From: an uncultured Planctomycetota bacterium
GTDB taxonomy: Bacteria > Planctomycetota > Planctomycetia > Isosphaerales > Isosphaeraceae
DNA: 64,000 bases
Direction: 5' to 3'
NCBI GenBank assembly: GCA_963845755.1
Contig: CAWJTV010000036.1
Coordinates: 192,001 to 256,000, forward strand
The stretch's first letter is position 1; each line of letters starts with the position of its first letter. The notes beneath the pieces are model-generated. The model searched no databases and was not told where the DNA came from. It saw only the letters and a list, made by a program, of their open reading frames with translations. The position numbers and the translations under genes were made by a program. Shown here piece after piece: positions 9,234-19,129 of this stretch.

Positions 9234-12200
9234 ATGGATGAACCGAAGCGCTGCCGTGGATGCGGGCAAGCGCGGCCCGTCAATGCGCCGGGGGAGCTCT
9301 GCCCGATCTGTCTGCTGCGGACCGGCGGGGGGGGCATGGCCATCGAGGAGAGCCGGCCGGATCGAGACGACCTCCTGGTCACGTTCGGCTCGGAGTCCTC
9401 GAGCATCCTGGACACCCTGCGCCAGACATTGGGCCGAGTGCCGCAGGTGCACCTCCACGGGGGCGACTCGGAAGCCAGGCCGTTTTCGTCGCCCGCCCCA
9501 CGCCATGACGAGCTGCCCGCGCCGGGCGATCCGGATCGCCCCCGGCGGTTGCAGCTCTTCGGCGTGATCGGCCGCGGCGGGATGGGAGTGGTCCTCAAGG
9601 GGCATGATGCCGATCTGGGGCGCGACCTGGCCGTCAAAGTGCTGCGTGAGCAGTACCGCGACCAGCCCGACATGGTCCGTCGGTTCATCGAGGAGGCGCA
9701 GATCGGCGGACAGCTCCAGCATCCGGGGGTCGTCCCGGTCTACGAGCTGGGGGCCCTCGCCGATCGACGGCCCTACTTCGCGATGAAGCTGATCCGGGGC
9801 CGCACTCTGGCCGAAGTGCTCGCCGACCGCGACGAGCCGGCCGACGATCATCCCCGGCTCCTGGAGATCTTCGAATCGGTCTGCCAGACGATGGCCTACG
9901 CGCATGCGCGGGGCGTGATCCATCGCGACCTGAAGCCGTCGAACATCATGGTCGGTCGCTTCGGAGAGGTGCAGGTGATGGACTGGGGTCTGGCCAAGGT
10001 CCTGAGCCCGGAGGACGCGGCCGGAGACGAGGAAGGGCTGGTGGTCCGCGGCGAGCCGCACGAGGAGACGGTAACCACCGCACGGAGCGGGGATGACAGC
10101 GAACTCTCGCTCCCGGGAAGCGTAATGGGGACCCCGGCGTACATGGCGCCGGAGCAGGCCCGCGGCGAGGTCGATGCGCTGGATGAGCGGGCCGACGTCT
10201 TCGCCCTGGGGTCGATCCTCTGCGAGATCCTGACGGGCGCGCCGGCATTCGTGGGTCCAAACCCGGTGGAGATCGAGCAGCGGTCCGCGCGGGGCGAGGT
10301 CGGCGGGGCACAGGAACGACTTGCCGTCTGCGGGGCCGATGCGGAGCTGGTCGAACTGGCCCGGGAATGTGTGGCCGCCGAGGTGCCCTACCGGCCGCGC
10401 GACGCCCAGGTTGTGGCGCGGCGGATCGGCGCCTACCGGATCGGCGTGCAGGATCGGCTGCACGCCGCCGAGCTCGCCCGGGTCGAGGCGCAGGCCCGCG
10501 CCGATGTGGACCGTCGTCATCGTCGGCTGGCGGTGGCCCTCGCCGCCTCCGTCGTGGCGCTGGTCGTCTGCGGAGGCGGCGGGGTGGCCGCGATCGTGTA
10601 TCAACGTCAGGCCCGGCTCGCCCAGGTCAACCTCGCCTTGAAGGAAGCCGAGCTGCTCCGCGACCAGGCGGCGGCCGATCCCAATGGCGACCTCGCCCGG
10701 TGGCAGGCGGCGCGTGTCGCGTTGCAGCGACTGCATGACCAGAAGGCCGCCGCGGGGCCGGCGACGATCGTCCGTGCGCGGATCGAGGCCCTGGAAGACG
10801 AGATCGAGCGCGGCGCGAGGGCGGCCACGGTCGACCGCAACCTGGTCGACCGGCTCGAGGAGATCCGCGGTGGGATGGTCGCCGACGACAAGGCTGACGC
10901 CGCCTTCGTCGAGGCATTCCGGGCCGCCGGGCTGGACGTGATGTCTCCGGCCTTCGAACCGGCGGCGATCGGCCGACGGTTGGCCGGACGGCCCCGAGCG
11001 ATCACGGTCGCCGCGGCCGCTGCCCTCGACACCTGGGCCGTCGTCCGCGGCGCCCTTGCGCGATCGGGTGATACCGGCGGGCGATCGGCTGCCCGCCGCC
11101 TGTTCGCCATCGCCCGCGTCGCCGACCCCGACCCCTGGCGTGATGCCCTCCGCGACGCCCTGGCTGCCGACGACCCCCAGCCGTTGCTCCGCCAGCTTGC
11201 TCAGGCCCCGGACCTCGATCGTCAGGCGCCCGTCGGCCTCTGGCTGCTCGGTCATGGTCTCGAGATGGCCGGCGATCACGATCGTGCCCTCGACGTCTTG
11301 CGACGGGCCCTCCGCAGGCACCCCGGCGACTACTGGCTCAACACCGAGCTGGGCTTGTCCTTGCTCGAAGGGACCCGGTCGGGCCTCGGGGTGACCAGTA
11401 TCTGGATCACCAGCCGGGGCATGTCCGACGCACGGTTTCAGCGCCGAGCCCTATGTCCAGGCGGCCGTGGCCCTCCGTCCTCAGTTTGGCTCGGCGCATC
11501 TCCTGCTGGCCACCGTCTGCCTCAACCTGGGGAAATGGGACGAGACGTTTCACGAGCTCCACGAGGCGCTGCGGCTCCAGCCCGGGGATCCGACGATCTA
11601 CAACTGCCTCGGCCTGGCCCTCGCCGCCCAGGGCAAGCCGGACGAGGCGGCCGATGCGCTCCGCGAGGCCATCCGGCTGTTGCCCCGATATAACCTGGCC
11701 CGGGCGAATCTCGGCGACCTCCTGCTGAGCCAGGGGAAGCTGGATGATGCCGTGGTCGAGTTCCGGGAGGCGATCCGGATTGTGCCCGATTCGGCCCCCG
11801 TCCACGCGAGGCTCGGCCTGTGCCTGGCGACGCAGCGGAAGCTCGATGAGGCGGTCAACGAATACCGGGAGGCGATCCGGATCGCGCCCCAGTTCGCCCT
11901 CGCCCACGCCAATCTTGCCGCGACCCTGCGCCAGCGCGGCGACTTCGACGGCGCGAAGGCCGAGTTCCAGACGGCTTCCGAGTTGTACTCCGACCCCCAA
12001 TGGCAGGCGAGCATTCGCCAGGAGCTGGCCCGCACCGAGCGGCGGGCCGCCCTTGCCCCGCGACTCGGCGCCGTGCTCCGAGGCGACGTCCGTACCGCGG
12101 ACGCCGCCGAGACGCTCGAATTCGCCTATCTCGCCCACGATCAGCAGCGGTTCGCCGGCGCGTCCCGACTCTTCGACCGGGCGTTCGAGATCCAGCCCGG

Positions 12201-12585
12201 TCTGGCCGGTGACCGAACCGCCTCGAATTGCTACAACGCCGCGTGTTCCGCCGCCCTGGCCGCCGCCGGTCACGGCCGAGACGAGCCACCGCTCGACGAA
12301 GCCGCCGCGAGCCGGTTGCGCCATCGCGCCTTCGAGCACCTCAAGCGGGACCTGGCCGCCTGGTCTGAGGTCTTCCGACATGGACAACCCTCGGAGAGAG
12401 GTCAGCTCCAGCAAACCCTCGCGCACTGGAAAGTCGATCCCGACCTGGCGGGAATCCGCGCGCCCGACGCCCTCGCGCAGCTTCCCCAGCCCGAGCGCAA
12501 TGACTGGCAGGCCCTCTGGGCGGAGGTCGATGCTCTGCTCCGGACGTCAGCCACTCGTCAATCGTCAGGGATCCTCGGCCAATGA
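9234..12585 (+). CDS. Ser/Thr protein kinase with TM segment and C-terminal TPR repeats (frameshift near 11440)
   Basis: GRGGMG, LAVK, HRDLKPSN, DWGLAK, GTPAYMAPEQ; ORF 11467..12585 carries TPR repeats. Confidence 0.9.
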
Positions 12586-13422
12586 CCGCGGACGGAATCC
12601 TCGCGGTACTCATCGCGCGACCGCTTCAACCGGCCGATCCTTCTCGGGACATGCATCAACGCTCAAATCAAAGAATTCGCGCATCTACTCGATTAGGGTC
12701 TGGGAGAAAGGGGGGACTTTCGCTAATAATACAACCTCACCCGTCTTGCAATGGCTTTCGGACAATTCTGTTGCGATGCATGAGGGGATTGGAGAGTTTC
12801 CGTAGATAGATAGCTAGAGGATCTCGGGGAAGACGTCGGAGGCTCAGGTTCGGACCGGCGGACCCGATGACGGGAACAACGCAGCTCCGCCGGTCACTCG
12901 GCGGCCTCGCTCGCAGGGTCCTGTCCTCGATCGACTTCGGCGCCGCTTCGCTCGGGGCCTCGCCTCGGTTCGTTGATGGTAGGCGGCCGCAAGGGCCAAA
13001 GCCCTGAGGCTTTCTGGTTCGTCCTCGCCGGCTTTTCGGCCGGTGCGTGTCATCATGACCTAGTCTTCCAGTGGGGCAGAGGGAGTCGCGATCGGACGGC
13101 CTATGTTGGCCGGGCACTCAGATTGCATGCATCGTAGCTGTTTCGCCGAGAGACCGCCGATGAGAGCATCGCCCGGAACCCAGGTGATCGTCTTGACTCC
13201 ATGAGGGGCAGCAGCCCCCCAGCCGGGGGCGTTGGCTTCGTAATCCGGATCGAGCTGTTCTCCATCACCCCAGCCGGGGAGGGATTGTGTCGTCTCTCCA
13301 GGTTGGTCGGCGATGTCGGAGCGGTCTGGGTCCCAATCATCGGGTCAGCGCCTCCGTCTGGCGGGCTGCACCTCTCGGCTTCGGGACAATCGTGACGGAA
13401 ATAGGGAATGCCCCCCGAAGTC

Positions 13423-14779
13423 TCAACGCGGCTCCGTTGCGTCCTTCGGCGGCACGATCCCCGGCTCGAAGAACGTGGTCGTCAGGTGATAGGGGATGCC
13501 GTCGATCTGGTACTCCAACTCGCCGAAGAGGGCGAGATGGCCGTCGTGGCTGGGCCGAACGGTGCCGGTGATCGTTGTGCCGGACGTCATCGGCGTGGAT
13601 ACCCAGCGGGCCTCGCGGAAGTCGCGGCTCTCGGACCGGGCCGTCCAGAGCCGGGCGGATTGCGGGGCCGGCTCGGCGTGGATTGTCAGTGTGGCCTCGT
13701 CCTGCGTCTTGCCGGCGAACTCCCACGAGATCCGGGGGAGCGGACGATCGGTGACGACCTGCCGGAAAAAGGCGCCCAGGTCGTTGACGGCCCAGTCCCG
13801 GTTCTTGTCCAGGCCGTGCCCGGCGTTGGGCAGTTCGACGAGGTACTTCGGTCCCTTCAGGCCGCCCCAGTAGAGGTCGAGGGCATCGAGCGTCCAGTAT
13901 CGGTCGTTGGTGCCGTTGATCAGCAGCTTGGGCTTGGTCAGCCGGTCGCGATAGGTGAACGGGTCGACCATCGTCCAGAGCCGGGTGCCGAGCGGTGACT
14001 GCACCTTCTCCATCAGTCCGCGCTCGACGTAGTCGTGGATCTGCTCGCTATACTGGCCCCAGACCTTGAGCTGGTTGGGACCTTGCTTGCCGAGGTTGAG
14101 CATGACGATGACCATGGGCGCGATGGCGACGACGCGGTCATCCATCGCGCCGGTGAGCCAGGTCGTCCAACCTCGTTTCGAGCCTCCCGTGACGACGAAC
14201 CGCGTCACCGCGGGCTTGCCGCTATCCTTGGCCCACGCCTGGACGGCGTCCATGGCCTTCACGGCACTCTTGACCATCGGGAACAGGAGGGGCCAGTTCT
14301 CGTCCTTCGTTTGGAGGTAGCGGACGAACGTCTCGGCGATGAGCTCGTCCTCGGTCTTGCCGCCGAGCAGCGGTTGGTTGGGGACCTGGCGCAGGACGGC
14401 CGCACGGGCGCCGCAGACCTGGGCCAGGGTGAATCCCGTCTTGTGATCCTCGTCCTTGGGCTCGTTGCCGTTGGCGCACCCCGGTGATGAACAGGAGCGT
14501 GGTATCGGGATAGGTGATCTCGCGCGGCTCGTAGATGCTGAGGCTGTGGGTCCACGTGATCCCCTGCCAGACCTGTGAGGTCAGCTTGAGGCTGTAGACC
14601 TTTCCCACGGGCGTGTCGTGGTTGCTGATCTGGGTCCAGGCGAAGGCGGGGTCCGGCTTCCGGACGTAATCCTCCAAGCCGGCGCGCACCGGGCGGTGCA
14701 TCGCCAGGACCACAATCCCCGCCGCCAACACTCCCAATCCCCGACGAACCGACGCTCTCTGCCCGCGATGTTCGGCCAC
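13423..14779 (-). CDS. PqaA-family (PhoPQ-activated pathogenicity-related) alpha/beta hydrolase, frameshift near 14480
   Basis: LTSQVWQGITWTH, QVPNQPL, LFPMVKSAVKAMD, VTGGSKRGWTTWL, INGTNDRYW, LPNAGH. Confidence 0.85.
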
Positions 14780-15018
14780 GATGATGGGCTCCCCCTGGCT
14801 GCCGAAAGTTCGGAACGCCGTCCGCGGCTCGGGCGCCTCCCCGACCGGGGTCCCACGACGCCCGCCTCAGTCAAGCCGTGTCTTCACGATATCACGCACG
14901 TCCGTTGATTCACAAGTCGAACGGCTTCCCGGTTCGATCGAGATTCCTGGGGTCCGTGTTCACGAGAAAATCAGCCGGGCTGACGGCGATTCTCACCCGG
15001 GGGCGCGGTCCATTGCGA

Positions 15019-16410
15019 TCAGTGGCCGTGGCGCTCGAGGATCCGGCCGACGTGCCGGCGCAACTCGCCGCCCCGCTCGGGGTCGACCATGGCGACGAAG
15101 TTGGCGAACCCTTCGATGGCCGCCAGGATGTCGGGGCCGGCTCCCCATCGCTTGCCGGCCGGGCCGTCGCGCTCGATCTGAAAGAGCGTGGCGCGGAAAC
15201 GCCTCAGCGTCGCCCGCGCGACGTTTACGCGGCGGTTGACGACGAGGCCGGTGACCTCTTGCTGTCGTCCCTTCCGCAAGATGCGCGTCTTGTCGGGGTG
15301 GACGCGGAACCCTTCCTTCTCGATCACGAAGCGGACCCGGCGGAGCAACTTGCCGACGTCCTCGGCGGCCGGTCCCGAGCCCGAAAACGTCATGTCGTCG
15401 GCATAGCGCGTGTAGCGGAAGCCGAGCCCCTCGGCGATCCGGGTGAGTCGGGCGTCGAGACCCCGGCAGAGGATGTTCGTGATCGCCGGGCTCGAGGGTG
15501 CACCTTGCGGGAGGCGTCGTTCGCCCCGGGCGACCTGATAGACCTGGCCGTCCAGCTCCACGGCGCGCACCTCGGGCTCGGAGCAAATCAGCGACAGGAT
15601 CGTGGCAATCTGCTCGCCGTAGCCAAACGAGCGGAACATCCCCTTGATCCGGCGCCGGGTGACGGTCGGGAAGAACTGCTCCACGTCCAGGTTCACGACG
15701 ACCTCGGCGCCGATGTGCGGCGAGGCGTTGGTGACGATCGAGCGGCCCTTGCGGAACCCGTGGGCCGCGGGGTGGAGCTCGACCTTCTCCAGGATCTCGG
15801 TCAGCACCCATTCCTGCGCCCGCTTCAACCGGGTCATCGGGGCCGAGATCAACCGCAGGCCGCCGGTCTTCTTGGGGATCTGGAACCGCCGGTAGTGGCT
15901 GACGGTCGCGACCCGGCGCACGAAGCTCAGGAACCGCAGCTCGCCGACGGTAATCCCCATGGCGACGGCCAGGTTTTCGGCGTTGGCCAGCAAGGGGAGG
16001 CCGCGGGCGCGGAGCTTATCCAGGTCGGTCTCGATCGAGTTCAGCCCGGCGGAGACGCCCTCGCCGAGGTAGAGGATCTCGTGGCTCTTCCGCGCGCACC
16101 ACGCCTCGGCGCGCTCCTGCCGCTCGCGCAGCCGGCGGAGCTTGGTCTCTTTCTGGCGCTCGCGCGATTCCTGCATCCGCTTCTTGCGCAGCTCCTTCTT
16201 GAGCTTCTCCGTATCCTGGATGCGGGCCTGTTGCGCCATGAGGCCCTCGAGCTCCGTCCGCAACTGCTTGCGTCGTTCCAGCTCCTCGAGCGTATCCGCG
16301 GGAGGGCCCAGATCGCTCGGCCAGAAGCCCAGGCGGAGCATCTCCTCGAGGATCACTTCCTCCTTGGAGCTCTGCTGGATCCGGTCGTATAGCTCCTGGC
16401 GGGTGGCCAT
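15019..16410 (-). CDS. Retron-type reverse transcriptase with N-terminal charged coiled-coil extension (463 aa)
   Basis: IPKKTGGLRLISAP, AAHGFRKGRSIVTNASPH (retron region X NAxxH), LDVEQFFP, LPQGAPSSP, YTRYADD, QEVTGLVVN (retron region Y VTG); uninterrupted ORF. Confidence 0.95.
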   Translation of the reverse strand: MATRQELYDRIQQSSKEEVILEEMLRLGFWPSDLGPPADTLEELERRKQLRTELEGLMAQQARIQDTEKLKKELRKKRMQESRERQKETKLRRLRERQERAEAWCARKSHEILYLGEGVSAGLNSIETDLDKLRARGLPLLANAENLAVAMGITVGELRFLSFVRRVATVSHYRRFQIPKKTGGLRLISAPMTRLKRAQEWVLTEILEKVELHPAAHGFRKGRSIVTNASPHIGAEVVVNLDVEQFFPTVTRRRIKGMFRSFGYGEQIATILSLICSEPEVRAVELDGQVYQVARGERRLPQGAPSSPAITNILCRGLDARLTRIAEGLGFRYTRYADDMTFSGSGPAAEDVGKLLRRVRFVIEKEGFRVHPDKTRILRKGRQQEVTGLVVNRRVNVARATLRRFRATLFQIERDGPAGKRWGAGPDILAAIEGFANFVAMVDPERGGELRRHVGRILERHGH

Positions 16411-16457
16411 GAGTCACTGTGGGGTTAAGAGATTGCGATAGGTCAGATGCCCGGTTC

Positions 16458-16601
16458 CGAGGTCTTGAAATTGCGCTTGTCGGATAGGGACCGTAGCCGA
16501 GCGCGGCTCGGGTCGGTGCCGTTGACTCCATCCGCGGCCCAACGGGCCGCCGTGGCCTCCTTCGGACTCGCTTCGCACGAAACCCCGACTTCAAGACTTC
16601 G
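16458..16601 (-). other. Second structured element between msr/msd and the RT start
   Basis: 12-bp closing IR CGAGGTCTTGAA (16458-16469) / TTCAAGACTTCG (16590-16601), GTCGG/CCGAC inner stem, hairpins CCGAGC-GCG-GCTCGG and GCGGCCC-AAC-GGGCCGC. Confidence 0.5.
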
Positions 16602-16608
16602 AGATGAG

Positions 16609-16865
16609 GATTGTCGAGACGACCGGCGCACCGGTGGGGCTTCCCTTCGCGAGGCTCTCAGGACCGGGCCGCTCCACTCAAGCCGGCGCCACCACCCTGG
16701 GCGATACGCCCGCTCGGCGTGCCGGTCCGTGTATGCCTAGGGTGGTGGCAGCCGGCACAGTAATGAGCGGACCGGTGATGCATGACAGGTCAGTTGGCAT
16801 GGATGGCGATCCGCCATCCGGGTTGCAAGGCTCCCCCGCCGTACACGCCGGTCGTCTCGACGATC
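16609..16865 (-). ncRNA. Retron msr-msd non-coding RNA
   Basis: Perfect 16-bp arms GTCGAGACGACCGGCG (16613-16628) / CGCCGGTCGTCTCGAC (16846-16861), extendable to 20 bp with 1 mismatch; msr hairpin GGATGGCG/CGCCATCC (16801-16819); long msd hairpin 16663-16776; lies upstream of the RT. Confidence 0.85.
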
Positions 16866-16955
16866 ACCCCGATCTTAAGAGTGACGGGATGCCGATGCAA
16901 GGACCTCGTCGAAAATGTCGCCGTCCGGCCACGGCCGGGGAGCTGAGGAAGAGTC

Positions 16956-17091
16956 GATTCGAGATTCGAGATTCGAGATTCGAGACTCGGGATTCGACAT
17001 TCAAGGCTCGGGATTCAAAATTCGAAATGGAAAATACTTTCATATTTAATTAATATAAATATAATTTTCGGATTTTGAGCCTCGAATCTTG
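16956..17091. repeat. Heptamer tandem repeats (GATTCGA)n with AT-rich core and inverted TCGAATC-type units
   Basis: 10 units at 16956-17025, AT-rich 17027-17066, complementary-type units at 17067-17091 resuming at 17428. Confidence 0.8.
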
Positions 17092-17126
17092 GACACTCCT
17101 CGCTCAACACCGCCGCTGGTTGCCTC

Positions 17127-17383
17127 CTCGTTCCCACGCTCCGAGGCTGTGATTTTTTGGGGAAAAGCCCACTCATTGACCATAATCCATGTTTGTAACC
17201 CCTTGAAAATCAGGGGCTTGCTCCCATCAAACTTCGTGCATCTGACCTGTTTCACCCAAAAAATCACAGCCTCTCCGCGTGGGAATGCCGTCTGGGACGC
17301 TCCGCGTCCTCTTCCCGGACGGAGACCAACGACGCGACGCGGAGCGTCGAACCCGGCATGCCCACGCGGAGCGTGGGAACGAG
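17127..17383. repeat. Composite palindromic REP element inside MITE-A
   Basis: CTCGTTCCCACGCTCC|GCGTGGGAAT...GACGCTCCGCGTC...GACGCGGAGCGTC...CCCACGCGGAGCGTGGGAACGAG; half copy at about 8881-8904. Confidence 0.8.
17143..17273. mobile_element. MITE-B (131 bp) with 3-bp target-site duplication, inserted in the REP hairpin
   Basis: 19-bp perfect TIR GAGGCTGTGATTTTTTGGG / CCCAAAAAATCACAGCCTC; TCC duplicated at 17140-17142 and 17274-17276. Confidence 0.85.
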
Positions 17384-17457
17384 AGTGGGCCGCCTTCTTC
17401 CCGTGGTGGTGTTCGGCGAGGAGTGTCGAATCTTGAATTCGATTGGTTCGCGTTGGT

Positions 17458-19129
17458 TCAAGAGACTCCAGCCAGCGCCGGCGATGCCCGCAGCCGGCGA
17501 GCGTGGAGCAGTCGCAGCGCCAGGATGTGCTCACACGGGCCCATGCGGAGCCGGTTCTGCTGGTAGAAGTTGCAGGTGCACCGGGCGTCGACGACGCGTT
17601 CGTCATTGTCGATGCGGAGCCAGGGCTCTTTCGGCGTTTCGCCGTGACGGACCCGGCCCTGGAGGGAGACCCCCTGGCCATCGTCCTCGGACGCGAGCAA
17701 CACCACGGCTCTCTGGTCGAGGAACCGTGTGGCGTGCGCCTCACGCTCGTTCTGGAATCGGAGCCGGTCCATCGGCAGCGGCTCGCGGCTGAGCTCGCGG
17801 CGCCGGTAGCACCCGTTCTCCAAATCGTAGACTGCCCGGCCGGCCTGGGTGTAGGCGGCCAGGGCGCCGAGGACGACCGAACGGTCGAGGTCGAGCCGCG
17901 CGCGCCAGCTCGTCGGGCGTCGCCGACCAGGAGTCGCTCAGCGCCGCGAACACGCGGCGCTTGGTGTCGTCGTCCACCTCGGCGCGGGGGGCGAGGAGGT
18001 CGAAGTTGCCGGCCCCCGACCAGTCGTTGCGCGTCCAGCCGGAGAGCCCCAGCGTGTACGACATATCGCCGAGGTCGGCCAGGTAGAACGAGGGCATCCC
18101 CTTGCCCAGAAGGTGCACGGTGAATGATCGCGCGACCGGGACCAGCCGCTCCAGGGTATGGAGCCGCCGTCGCCCCCAGACCCGGACCTCGTCGGCGACG
18201 TCACCCTCGTAGACCGACCGGGGGCAGGTCACCTCGTAACCCCAGGGCTCGAACAGGACCCGGACGGGCCGGCCCGGCTCGAGGCAGTACCGCAAGGCTC
18301 GCGGGCCGACCAGCTCCTTGTGACGGCGGAGAACCAGGCAGATGTTGTGGATGTCCATCGGGTGCAGGCGGAACGTCAGCGCCGGCAGCGCCATCGCCGA
18401 GCTGACCTGGAGGAACCCGCGCACCCAACTGTCGGGCAGGTCGATCTTGACCTCCTTGTGCGCCGGATCGTCCGAGGACGTCGCGACCTCGAACCCGGTA
18501 GGATCGATCGCGAACGTCGTGGTCTTGTAGCTGCGGATTTTCTGGAACTCGTCGTAGAGGGCCTCGGAGTAGTCGATGTTGGTGGTGCCGCAGGCGAATT
18601 CGCCGACGTCTTGGAAGACGTTGTAGTTGACCGCCAGCCGGCCGTAGCTCGACTCGTCCTGGCTGAAGCACTCGAAGAAGACCTGGTCGGGGTGGACGGT
18701 GATCACCGGGTCGAGCACGATCCATGCCTGGTAATCATGCTTGAGCAGGTACTGGAAATACTGTTGCTTGGCGTCGAGGTAGGGCTTCTGCCGCTGGTAG
18801 CTCCGGTCGAAAAGCGTCTTGAACTCGGCGTTGATCTCCTTGATGCGCTGGGCGACCTCCTTCTTGTGCGCGGCGATCGCGGCGAGGTCCTCCGCATCCT
18901 GGGCGGCCCGCCAGCGGAGGTACTCGGTGCGGTCCTTCGGCTTCCAGCGTAGGTCGGAGACGACCACGTCGTGCAGGGCGCTAATCGCCTGGCGGAAGGC
19001 CAGCGGCTGGCGGAGGTTTCCCCGGAAGAAGGTCGGCTGGCGGAGCGTGTCGGGGGCGAACGACATCGCGGTTCGGTCCACGCGGTTGCTCACGGTCGAG
19101 TCGCCGTGGTAGGCATAGTCAAACTGCAT
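17458..19129 (-). CDS. SWIM zinc-finger protein, retron-associated (frameshift near 17890)
   Basis: ORF 17741..19129 (LDPVITVHPDQVFFECFSQDESSYG, KIDLPDSWVRGFLQV, LGLSGWTRNDW) plus ORF 17458..17823 with SWIM motif CTC...GPCEH. Confidence 0.85.

Larger units (their letters stand above)
17092..17427. mobile_element. MITE-A with 8-bp target-site duplication
   Basis: TIRs GACACTCCTCGCTCAACACCGCC (17092-17114) / rc of 17405-17427 (3 mismatches); direct repeat GAATCTTG at 17084-17091 and 17428-17435. Confidence 0.75.

Noticed and set aside
9159..11321. Long antisense ORFs (e.g. 9159..11321, 14878..16392, 22771..24240, 32744..34753, 48569..50209, 60425..61771)
   Set aside because: Shadows of well-supported genes on the opposite strand, expected in GC-rich DNA; no motifs.
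12860..12990. Possible degenerate attC or structured RNA downstream of the kinase
   Set aside because: Could not establish matching R and L boxes or a convincing long stem by eye.
15019..16410. RT as group II intron, DGR or CRISPR-associated RT
   Set aside because: Has retron NAxxH and VTG motifs and an adjacent msr/msd; no maturase/En domain, no TR/VR pair or avd, and no cas1 seen.
17046..17457. ORFs across the MITE/REP nest
   Set aside because: They run through non-coding mobile repeats with defined TIRs and TSDs.
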